Positions 1 to 8,980 of a stretch of DNA of 17,235 nucleotides are shown here, piece after piece. A program made the position numbers and the translations under genes. Positions within the stretch are counted from its first letter, which is position 1; each line of letters begins with the position of its first letter. The notes under the pieces were generated by a model, which worked only from the letters and a program-made list of their open reading frames with translations, searched no databases and was not told the origin of the DNA. The DNA is from Chlamydiota bacterium (GTDB lineage Bacteria; Auribacterota; Tritonobacteria; UBA1439). The stretch covers positions 1-17,235 of the forward strand of contig JBAXOY010000064.1 of the NCBI GenBank assembly GCA_037133055.1, given 5' to 3'.

Positions 1-1966
<1,966 letters not shown>

Positions 1967-1970
<4 letters not shown>

Positions 1971-2464
1971 TTCCCCGCGCCGCCCAAAAGCTTCGCGAGC
2001 TCCGGCTCGACGTCCCGGCAGTCGCGGCAGACGATCACCCCGTCCTTGCCGACGAGGGTCTTGCTCGGAATGCCCCGAACGCCATAGGCCTTCGCGACCG
2101 CGCCGTCTTCGTCGAGAAGGATCCTGTAGGCGATGTCATACTTGGCGGCGAACGAGGAAACCTTTTTCCCGCTCTCCTCGATAAAGATGCTGAGGAGGAC
2201 GAAATCCCTGTCCTTGTACCGGGCCTCGATCTCTTTCAGTTTCGGGACCGCCGTCCGGCAGTGGGGGCACCACGTGGCGCTGAAGGAGAGGAGCACCACC
2301 TTCCCCTTGAGGTCGCTCAACTTCACCTCCGCGCCTTTTAGGTCCTTCAGGGAAAAGTCGGGCGCTTTGCCGCCGGTCTCCGGCGCGGAGAATCCGTTCG
2401 GACACGTCGTCGCGCCCGTCACGGCTGAGAGTGCGCACACCGCGAGGATGAGTCGAATCTGCAT
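1967..2464 (-). CDS. TlpA/ResA-family thiol-disulfide reductase, exported
   Basis: N-terminal hydrophobic signal; [41 protein letters not shown] cis-Pro loop; GGGGAG RBS. Confidence 0.92.
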
Positions 2465-2477
2465 GGTGCTCCCCCTT

Positions 2478-3188
2478 TCAGATCATGAGGCTGCCGGCGG
2501 TGACCAGGAAATATTCCCCCATCGCGATCAGTATCCACCCGAAGAGATACTTGACCCTTACCATCCAGACGCCCGCGGCGGGAAGGCTCGCGAGGACGCC
2601 GGAGAAGGTCCCGACCAGTATCTGGAGCGTCCCCATCCCCAGGGCAAAGACGAAGAGGAGGCTCGTGCCGAAGACCACGTTCCCCTCGCCGGCCACGTAG
2701 CCGAGGAGGACCGCCAGCACGGGCGCGGTGCAGGGCCCGAGGACAAGCCCCGAGGCGGCGCCCACGAGGAATGCGCCGGCGAGCCCCGCCCGCGGCTTCC
2801 CGGGCCGCATGCCGCTCAAGAACCGCGGCAGGGGAAGCGCGAACACGTCGAACATGGAGAGGCCGAGCAGGATGCAGACGTTCGCGACCGCGAGGTAGGT
2901 CCAGGGACTCGACTGGACCCTCCCGAAAAGGGTCCCCGTGAGCGCGGCGACGCTGCCCAGCACGGTGTAGGTGCACGACATCCCGAGCACGTACACCACG
3001 GAAAGGGAAAAGCCCTTCCACCTTGATCCCCCGCTCTGTCCCCCGATGAACGCCACGGTGATCGGAATGACCGGGTAGACGCAGGGGGTCAGGCTGACGA
3101 GGAGGCCGCCGATGTAGACGGCGAAATACGCCAGGGCCGTCGACCCGTGCAGATAGCTCTCGAGGCCGTTGATGAATTCCTGGATCAC
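2478..3188 (-). CDS. ccdA: CcdA / DsbD-beta-type transmembrane disulfide electron transporter (~236 aa)
   Basis: SLTPCVYPVIP and GPCTAPVL redox motifs, about 6 hydrophobic segments, GVWMVRVKYLFG. Start re-called to GTG 3188, which overlaps the thioredoxin stop (GTGA); the track's extension to 3686 overlaps thioredoxin and ferritin. Confidence 0.92.
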   Translation of the reverse strand: MIQEFINGLESYLHGSTALAYFAVYIGGLLVSLTPCVYPVIPITVAFIGGQSGGSRWKGFSLSVVYVLGMSCTYTVLGSVAALTGTLFGRVQSSPWTYLAVANVCILLGLSMFDVFALPLPRFLSGMRPGKPRAGLAGAFLVGAASGLVLGPCTAPVLAVLLGYVAGEGNVVFGTSLLFVFALGMGTLQILVGTFSGVLASLPAAGVWMVRVKYLFGWILIAMGEYFLVTAGSLMI

Positions 3189-3499
3189 AGTATCCGCTCC
3201 AGGGCCCGCAGGAGTTCGTCCTCGGAGACGTTGCCCGCGAGCCGTGCCTTCTCCTCCCCGTCCCTGAAGAAAAGCACCGCGGGGAGGGCAAGGACGCGGA
3301 GCGTCGAGGCGGTCCGCGCGCAGGCGCTGATATCCACCTTGCCGAACCGCGCCTGCGGGTGCGCCTCCGCGAGCGCCTGCACGCGCGGCGCCACCTTCAG
3401 GCAGACGCCGCACCAGGGGGAGGAAAAGAGGACCACGAAGGGAAGCCTCGGCTCGATCACCTCGCGCGCAAAGTCGGCATCCGTGAGTTCGCGCAGCAT
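3185..3499 (-). CDS. Thioredoxin family protein (WCGVC)
   Basis: 104 aa; LRELTDADFAREV...VVLFSSPWCGVC...FGKVD...LPAVLFFRDGEE thioredoxin pattern; GAAGGA RBS. Confidence 0.88.
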   Translation of the reverse strand: MLRELTDADFAREVIEPRLPFVVLFSSPWCGVCLKVAPRVQALAEAHPQARFGKVDISACARTASTLRVLALPAVLFFRDGEEKARLAGNVSEDELLRALERIL

Positions 3500-3523
3500 G
3501 GCATCCTTCCCCCGGGAGCCGCG

Positions 3524-4048
3524 CTACGCCGCGGCGCCGGGCGCGGCAGGCGGCGGCGTGAAGACGCGCGCGGCGAGCTCGCGGTCGATCATGAAGAGCC
3601 CGCCGGGCGCGTCGCCCATGAGCTTCAGCTTCTTCACAACGTCGTCCGCCGACGCCTCCTCCTCCACCTGCTCGCCCACGAACCACTGGAGAAAGTTGTG
3701 CGTGGCGTGGTCCTCCTCCCGGCCGGCGAGGCTGACAAGATCGTTGATCCAGCCGGTGACCTTCTGCTCGTGGGCGTAGGCCTCCTCAAACACGTTGAGG
3801 GGTGAAGACCACTCCGCGGGGGGGCCGTCGATCGCCGTGAGGGTGACGCGTCCGCCCCGGTCCACGACATAGCCGAAGAACTTCGTCACGTGCACAAGCT
3901 CCTCCTGGACCTGCACCCGCATCCAGTTGGCGAACCCCTTGAGGTTGAGGGATTCGAAATAGGCCGCCATCGCCATGTACAGGTAGGCGGAGTAGAGCTC
4001 GCGGTTGATCTGCGCGTTCAGCGCATTCTGCATCTTCGCCTTGATCAT
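3524..4048 (-). CDS. ftnA: Non-heme ferritin
   Basis: [63 protein letters not shown] ferroxidase motifs; AAGGAGG RBS. Confidence 0.95.
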   Translation of the reverse strand: MIKAKMQNALNAQINRELYSAYLYMAMAAYFESLNLKGFANWMRVQVQEELVHVTKFFGYVVDRGGRVTLTAIDGPPAEWSSPLNVFEEAYAHEQKVTGWINDLVSLAGREEDHATHNFLQWFVGEQVEEEASADDVVKKLKLMGDAPGGLFMIDRELAARVFTPPPAAPGAAA

Positions 4049-4072
4049 CGTTCCCTCCTTGTTGCGCGCGAT

Positions 4073-4570
4073 TCAGGCCTTCGGCAGCGCGTCCTGCATC
4101 TCCTTCAGTCTCCGCGCGTGCAGGCGTTCCTCCGCGATGATGCGGTCAAGCTGCCGCTTCGTTTCGTCCGACGCGACCCTGCCGCGGCAGGCCTCGTAGA
4201 ACTGCACGCTCCTCTCCTCGACGATCTGCCCGAGCCTCAATGCCTTCCGGGGGCTCTCCAGGGCGACCGCGAGATCCCGGTACGGCGCGAAGATGCCATA
4301 CTCGAGGGAGCTCGCGAGGTCGTCTTCCTCGAACGCGTCCTCTTTCGTCGCCCTGAGCCTCGCGAGTTCGCCCTCAAAGAATTCGAGATGATCGCGCTCC
4401 TGGCTCGCGAGGGAGAGGATTGATCCGCGGGCCGCGGCGGCGGTCATCCTGCCGGCCAGCGCCTCGTAGAATGCCATCCCGTCCCTCTCGATCCTCACGG
4501 CGATCTTGCACGCCTCGAGATCGTCGAAGTCGACGACGACCAGCGCCCCGGACCGCTCCTCTATGCGCAT
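4073..4570 (-). CDS. Rubrerythrin-family (ferritin-like diiron) protein lacking the rubredoxin domain
   Basis: Duplicated pattern AVRIERDGMAFY...QERDH and QIVEERSVQFY...EERLH; GGAGAGG RBS. Confidence 0.85.
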   Translation of the reverse strand: MRIEERSGALVVVDFDDLEACKIAVRIERDGMAFYEALAGRMTAAAARGSILSLASQERDHLEFFEGELARLRATKEDAFEEDDLASSLEYGIFAPYRDLAVALESPRKALRLGQIVEERSVQFYEACRGRVASDETKRQLDRIIAEERLHARRLKEMQDALPKA

Positions 4571-4592
4571 GCGTCCTCTCCCACGGGTCCGC

Positions 4593-4967
4593 TCACGCCG
4601 ACCAGAGCCCGTGCAGGTTGCAAAGCTCGCGCGCGGAGATTTGGGCGGCGGACACGGCGAACTCCGCCTCCGGGCGGTCCCCCGGCTTCAAAAACTGCCG
4701 GTAGGCCTTTCCGTCCGCGATCAGCTCTATCCATTCGATGTAGTGCTTCTCCTCCATCGGGTGGGGGGCGCTCCCCACGCGCACCTTCACGCCGCCGGCG
4801 GTCTTCTCGATCACCGGCACGTGCTTCTCCCGGGAAGCGTCCACCGTGTTCTCGACGAGAAGCTTCATCTCCTGCCCGCAGCAGACCAGTGTCCCCGCCC
4901 CATCGCGGAGCACCTCGACGAGGTTGCCGCACAACTCGCACGTGTGGATCTGGAGCCGCTTTGTCAT
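4593..4967 (-). CDS. dfx: Desulfoferrodoxin (2Fe superoxide reductase)
   Basis: From ATG 4967 (RBS GAGGGAGG): CELCGN..VCCGQ desulforedoxin domain; [17 protein letters not shown] and CNLHG SOR-site residues; 124 aa. Confidence 0.95.
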   Translation of the reverse strand: MTKRLQIHTCELCGNLVEVLRDGAGTLVCCGQEMKLLVENTVDASREKHVPVIEKTAGGVKVRVGSAPHPMEEKHYIEWIELIADGKAYRQFLKPGDRPEAEFAVSAAQISARELCNLHGLWSA

Positions 4968-5014
4968 GACGCACCCTCCCTCTCGTCCCCGCGCGTGCTG
5001 CGGGGCACGCACCA

Positions 5015-5042
5015 ATGATAGTGGAATATCGCCGGAACGCAA
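5015..5042 (-). promoter_or_regulatory. Possible sigma70 promoter for the dfx-yyaL transcript
   Basis: Minus strand TTGCGT (5042-5037), 16-bp spacer, TATCAT (5020-5015), in an AT-rich patch. Confidence 0.35.
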
Positions 5043-5207
5043 CCTGATTATTTCATTTTCAATTGACTTTTCGCCGCGGGGAATGGGGATGCGCGACACG
5101 GCGAAGCCCCGGGCCATCACTCTCGGAATAAACGGGGCACGGGGCGAACGGAGCGGGGGCCGCGTCAGACCGCATCGCCGCGGGCGGCACACGCGAAAGG
5201 AAGCTCC

Positions 5208-5609
5208 TCAGTGCGCCGTTTTCGCGCACCTCGGGCACATGCCCTCGAACTCGAGCTTGTGTCCCGTAATGGTGAACTGGGTGGCGCCCCTCGCTTCGCC
5301 CTCGATGTTATCGAAGGCCTTCATCGAAAGGTCCTCGACGCACCCACACTTGTTGCAGCGGATGTGGTAATGGTTCGCCGTCGTGGCGTCGTAGCGGCGC
5401 TGGGTCCCGGCGAGCTCGAGCTTGAGAATCACCCCCCTGCCGGAGAGCGTCTCGAGATTCCGGTACACCGTCCCCAGGCTGACGCGGGGTATGCGCTCAC
5501 GCACCATCCGGTAGAGCTCGTCCGCGGTGGGGTGAGTCACCACCTTCCTGAGCTCCTCGAGGATGAGCTGCCGCTGCCTGGTGATTCTGAGCTTCTGATC
5601 CTGTTTCAT
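5208..5609 (-). CDS. Fur-family transcriptional repressor, PerR-like
   Basis: RITRQR..HPTADELY..SLGTVYRNL..RYD..HYHIRCNKCG.VED..EGMCPRC. There are two CxxC Zn motifs, and Asp at the RYD and VED positions as in PerR. AAGGAG RBS. Confidence 0.92.
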   Translation of the reverse strand: MKQDQKLRITRQRQLILEELRKVVTHPTADELYRMVRERIPRVSLGTVYRNLETLSGRGVILKLELAGTQRRYDATTANHYHIRCNKCGCVEDLSMKAFDNIEGEARGATQFTITGHKLEFEGMCPRCAKTAH

Positions 5610-5624
5610 GCGACTTCTCCTTTA

Positions 5625-5639
5625 TAATAACAATTATCA
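5625..5639. promoter_or_regulatory. Fur/Per-like box 1
   Basis: TAATAACAATTATCA matches TGATAATnATTATCA at 12 of 14 positions; it lies between the -10 and the RBS of the regulator. Confidence 0.7.
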
Positions 5640-5645
5640 AAACTA

Positions 5646-5674
5646 AATATACCCTATGTAAGAATACCTGTCAA
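5646..5674 (-). promoter_or_regulatory. Sigma70 promoter of the perR/fur-like gene
   Basis: Minus strand TTGACA (5674-5669), 17 bp, TATATT (5651-5646). Confidence 0.8.
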
Positions 5675-5686
5675 TAAGAATTATCG
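5672..5686. promoter_or_regulatory. Fur/Per-like box 2 overlapping the -35
   Basis: CAATAAGAATTATCG shares AATAAnAATTATC with box 1 and lies 47 bp from it. Confidence 0.6.
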
Positions 5687-5756
5687 AAAAAGAATCGCGA
5701 GGCCTGAATCTTCATGCGCCCATGTAAGGGCACGCTATGCTACCATACTTCACGCC

Positions 5757-6695
5757 ATGAGCACGAGCACGCTCCTGATGAGGGAGTACACTCGCCGCCT
5801 CAATCTCGCCCTGGACCACATCCGGGAACACCTCGACGGCAACCTCACGGTCGGATCGGTGTCCCGCGCCGCCCTCTTCGGCCCCTTTCATTTCCACCGG
5901 CTCTTCAGCGCCATGACCGGCGAGACGCTCTACAACCACATCCGCCGCATCCGTCTGGAAAAGGCCGCGAATCTCCTCCTTTACTCGCCGGAGCGCTCCG
6001 TCACCGACATCGCGCTCGAGGCCGGCTTCGGCTCGTCCGCCTCGTTCGCGCGGGCGTTCCGCGATCATTTCGGCATGAGCGCCTCCGAATGGCGGGCGTC
6101 GGGGGGGGCGCAGAAAAGCAAGAATCGCAAAGCGAAGAGCAAGGAGGGGAAAGCGGGCGGGAACCGTTCCCGGTATAGTGGTGCCCGTCGACGATCAACA
6201 CCACAACCAGGGAGGTGCGGCATGAAGGTGGAGGTGAAGGAGCTTCCCGCGTACCGCGTCGCGTACGTGAGCAGCAAAAGGGGTTACGAGGGGGATGCGA
6301 TCCACGAGGCGTACGGGACGCTGATGCGCTGGGCGGGGCCGCGCGGGCTCTGCGGGCCTCACACGGAGGTGATCGGCGCGTCGTACGACAACCCGGAGAT
6401 CACGGCCATGGCGAAGTGCCGCTACGACGCGTGCATCTCGATCGGGGACGACGTGAAGCCCGAGGGGCCGGTCTCCGTGAAGAAGTTCCCCGGCGGAAAG
6501 TATGCCGTGTACCGGTACCGCGGCAGGCCACAGGACCTCGGAAAAGTCTTCCAGCAGTTCATGGGAGAATGGTTCCCCTCGAGCGGGTACCAGCCGGGCG
6601 ACGCGCCGTGTCTCGAGTTCTACCACAACGACCCGGACCGGGACCCGAAGGGCGAGGCGACCGCGGACATCTGCATCCCGGTGAAGCCGCTCTGA
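5757..6695 (+). CDS. AraC-family regulator: N-terminal double HTH plus C-terminal GyrI-like effector domain
   Basis: FHFHRLFSAMTGETL..RRIRLEKAA..SVTDIALEAGFGSSASFARAFRDHFGMSASEW (AraC HTH); YDNPEIT..CRYDACI..GGKYAV..WFPSSGY..LEFY..DICIPV (GyrI-like). Confidence 0.93.
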   Translation: MSTSTLLMREYTRRLNLALDHIREHLDGNLTVGSVSRAALFGPFHFHRLFSAMTGETLYNHIRRIRLEKAANLLLYSPERSVTDIALEAGFGSSASFARAFRDHFGMSASEWRASGGAQKSKNRKAKSKEGKAGGNRSRYSGARRRSTPQPGRCGMKVEVKELPAYRVAYVSSKRGYEGDAIHEAYGTLMRWAGPRGLCGPHTEVIGASYDNPEITAMAKCRYDACISIGDDVKPEGPVSVKKFPGGKYAVYRYRGRPQDLGKVFQQFMGEWFPSSGYQPGDAPCLEFYHNDPDRDPKGEATADICIPVKPL

Positions 6696-6713
6696 CGGCG
6701 GCCGCGCACGGGC

Positions 6714-6755
6714 GCCCTCTCCCCTCCCCGGGAGGGGGGAGGGCACTTCTTTTCT
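6714..6755 (+). terminator. Intrinsic terminator hairpin after the araC-like gene
   Basis: GCCCTCTCCCCTCC-CCG-GGAGGGGGGAGGGC stem followed by ACTTCTTTTCT. Confidence 0.65.
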
Positions 6756-6819
6756 CAGGACGATGGGAAACCCGAAGGCGTCAGCACGGAGAGAATACCG
6801 CCCGCGCAGCCATTAGGGT

Positions 6820-6843
6820 GGGGTCAAATCTTTAATCTTGAAT
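6820..6843 (+). repeat. Left inverted repeat GGGGTCAAATCTTTAATCTTGAAT
   Basis: 23/24 match to the reverse complement of 7863-7886; contains the transposase stop codon. Confidence 0.9.
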
Positions 6844-7837
6844 CCTCTATAATGCGATTGCTCACTTCTTCAAATTGCTTTGCGAGCTGCCGGTCCTCCC
6901 GCATCTTGGACCGTAACTTTTTTCTGGCATAGCTCACCGCACTATAATCGATGCCCCCCATCAGCTTCCCGATTTCGTGCTGCGTGAGAAAACAATACCG
7001 ATAGAGAAGCTCCATCAGCATCGCCCTTGCAGTGGACTGTATCCCCTTCCGGCAGAGCGATTCCCTCGTTTCCCCGATAATGGCGCAATACTGTTCGATC
7101 AGTTCCTTTGGCGAGTATCTTTTTCCGAGTTCTCGCGTAGCGGGCTGTTCTCTCCGGGATTTTTCCTCTGGAACCATTTTCTCTTTCACCCAGGCAATGA
7201 ATTCCTTCTCCCCCACAATCCCATGCCCGCGCCCCATTTCCAGAGGACTCCTTATCTTCTTCTCTAGTCCTTCCACGATGAACCGCGCGTACGCATCCCT
7301 GCCCCGCCGTGTGTCCCCGCCGAAGTGAGCGAGAACCTCCTGATAGTCGACGAACTGCTGCTTTTTGCCGATGCCGAGATAGCCCTGAAGACTGCTCTCG
7401 CGATACCCCCAGAGATATTTCCACTTCTCTTCAATCGTCGCATCCTTGAACCTGTCCCCATGCACGGGATTGCTGTGCACATACCTGGAAAGTTCAATGA
7501 GATAGCTGTCCGAATCGACGAGAAACGCCTTGTACCGCCCCTGATACAGGTGCCCTACCCGCCCATGTCTCCGGTTGAACGCCATGGTGTAGGAGATGTT
7601 GAAATGCCTCATAAACTCAGACAAGTTCCCCTCCGCCGTGCGCACCATAAGGTGGAAGTGGTTTGGCATGAGCACATAGACATAGAGAGTAACGCGATAG
7701 GTTTCCAGGGAAAGGGAAAGTGTCTCGAGGAACTTTTGCCGGTCCGCGTTATCGCGGAAGATGGCCCTACGCTCGTTGCCGCGGCAGGTAACGTGGTAGT
7801 ACGCGCCTGGATACTGGATGCGAAGAGGTCTGGCCAT
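6824..7837 (-). CDS. RAYT/TnpA(REP)-like Y1 HUH transposase with C-terminal DnaA_C/TrpR-like HTH
   Basis: From ATG 7837: MARPLRIQYPGAYYHVTCRGNERRAIF..YVLMPNHFHL (HUH)..GHLYQGRYKA..YVHSNP (catalytic Tyr); C-terminal LTQHEIGKLMGGIDYSAVSYARKK; 337 aa. Confidence 0.9.
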   Translation of the reverse strand: MARPLRIQYPGAYYHVTCRGNERRAIFRDNADRQKFLETLSLSLETYRVTLYVYVLMPNHFHLMVRTAEGNLSEFMRHFNISYTMAFNRRHGRVGHLYQGRYKAFLVDSDSYLIELSRYVHSNPVHGDRFKDATIEEKWKYLWGYRESSLQGYLGIGKKQQFVDYQEVLAHFGGDTRRGRDAYARFIVEGLEKKIRSPLEMGRGHGIVGEKEFIAWVKEKMVPEEKSRREQPATRELGKRYSPKELIEQYCAIIGETRESLCRKGIQSTARAMLMELLYRYCFLTQHEIGKLMGGIDYSAVSYARKKLRSKMREDRQLAKQFEEVSNRIIEDSRLKI

Positions 7838-7862
7838 ATAATCCCCCCCGACCCACCCCAAT

Positions 7863-7886
7863 ATTCAATATTAAAGATTTGACCCC
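7863..7886 (-). repeat. Right inverted repeat ATTCAATATTAAAGATTTGACCCC
   Basis: Reverse-complement partner of 6820-6843; contains the metacaspase stop codon. Confidence 0.9.
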
Positions 7887-8680
7887 AAAAGCTCCGAGAA
7901 GACCGCGCGCCGCTTCGCCTCTGCGGGGCCCTCGAGCTGCGGGCGCTGCGTGTAGCCCGCTCCGGCGAGCGACCTTCTCACCCGCGCAATCAGCTCTTCG
8001 TAACTGATCCCCGGGCCGGACGCCTCCAATTCCCGGACCGCGAAATAGCTGAAGGCCCCCCGGGTCGCTCCCGTGAAATCCCCCTCCGAGGCGGGTTCGT
8101 CGTCCGAGGCCGCGCTCAGGAAGACCTCCCTCATCCCCTCCTCGCCGCGACCCAGAAGCCTTCTCTTGAGCGGACTCCGGGAGGTCACGCCGCCGGCAAA
8201 GGCGGCAGGGGGCTTGATGAATCTCGCTTTGCCGCCGGGCAGAATCCGCGTCACCGTGCCCGAGTAGCACGAGTCAGCGATGAAGGTGAAGGCGACGCCG
8301 TCGGGGATCCGGTCGAGGATGGGGCGGAGCTCGTCGTCCGTGATGAGTTTTCCGACATCCGCCTCCCATGGAACGAGCGCCTCGTCCCTCCCGTCCGCCT
8401 CGTCCCTCGCCCCCCTGTCGGGGACCCATGTGCCGTGACCCGAGTAGATGAAGGCGCAGACGTCGCCGCGTCGCGCGCCCGCGACGAGTCCATCGAGCGC
8501 GGCGAGGATGCCGCGCCGCGTCGCCTCCCCGTTGCGCAGCGTCCGCAATTCTCCCCGCGCAAAGCCGAACCGCCCGGCGAGAAGATCGGCCCAGGCGCGC
8601 GCGTCGTTCACGCAGCCGTGAAGATCGTTGTCCCCGCCGCAATAATCGTCAATGCCGATGCAGACCGCTTTCCTGCCCAT
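7871..8680 (-). CDS. Peptidase C14 caspase-like protein (metacaspase), single domain
   Basis: KAVCIGIDDY..LHGCVNDA..ATRRGIL..FIYSGHG (catalytic His)..DEADGRDEALVPW..IADSCYSG (catalytic Cys)..GAFSY..QRPQL. Confidence 0.92.
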   Translation of the reverse strand: MGRKAVCIGIDDYCGGDNDLHGCVNDARAWADLLAGRFGFARGELRTLRNGEATRRGILAALDGLVAGARRGDVCAFIYSGHGTWVPDRGARDEADGRDEALVPWEADVGKLITDDELRPILDRIPDGVAFTFIADSCYSGTVTRILPGGKARFIKPPAAFAGGVTSRSPLKRRLLGRGEEGMREVFLSAASDDEPASEGDFTGATRGAFSYFAVRELEASGPGISYEELIARVRRSLAGAGYTQRPQLEGPAEAKRRAVFSELLGSNL

Positions 8681-8813
8681 GGCTCACCCGTGCCCCCCTT
8701 TTCCGGGGAGGGCGGATTCCCCGACACCCGGCTTTTCCGTGACCGCCCCCGCGATTTCTCCCCTGCCCCGGGTCCCCGCTTCCGGCCGCCGGCGCCGACG
8801 CGCCTTCGTCCCG

Positions 8814-8842
8814 ATACTACACCCCGCGCGGCACCGGCGCAA
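8814..8842 (-). promoter_or_regulatory. Possible sigma70 promoter for the metacaspase
   Basis: Minus strand TTGCGC (8842-8837), 17 bp, TAGTAT (8819-8814). Confidence 0.4.
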
Positions 8843-8896
8843 CATTATTGATGCGGGACGATCCATCACCCCCCCTTCTTCATCCCCCTTCTTCAG

Positions 8897-8925
8897 TTGC
8901 TTTTTACCCGCCGTTCCCCTATACT
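8897..8925 (+). promoter_or_regulatory. Sigma70 promoter for pta and the methionine synthase
   Basis: TTGCTT (8897-8902), 17 bp, TATACT (8920-8925). Confidence 0.6.
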
Positions 8926-8980
8926 GCCGGGGTCGTTGTCGGGCGCTTCGCCGCGCCCGGTTCCGCGAGGAGATTCGTGC

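Larger units (their letters stand above)
6820..7886 (-). mobile_element. Putative ~1.07-kb element: Y1/HUH transposase gene between 24-bp terminal inverted repeats
   Basis: Inverted repeats enclose a single gene; the segment is visibly lower in GC than its flanks; no target-site duplication seen. Confidence 0.7.

Noticed and set aside
3189..3686. N-terminal extension of CcdA in the ORF track (apparent fusion)
   Set aside because: Low-complexity R/G/A off-frame reading of the thioredoxin and ferritin genes; GTG 3188 is a coupled start.
4968..5192. 75-aa N-terminal extension of dfx
   Set aside because: A strong RBS precedes ATG 4967 and the extension spans the AT-rich regulatory region.
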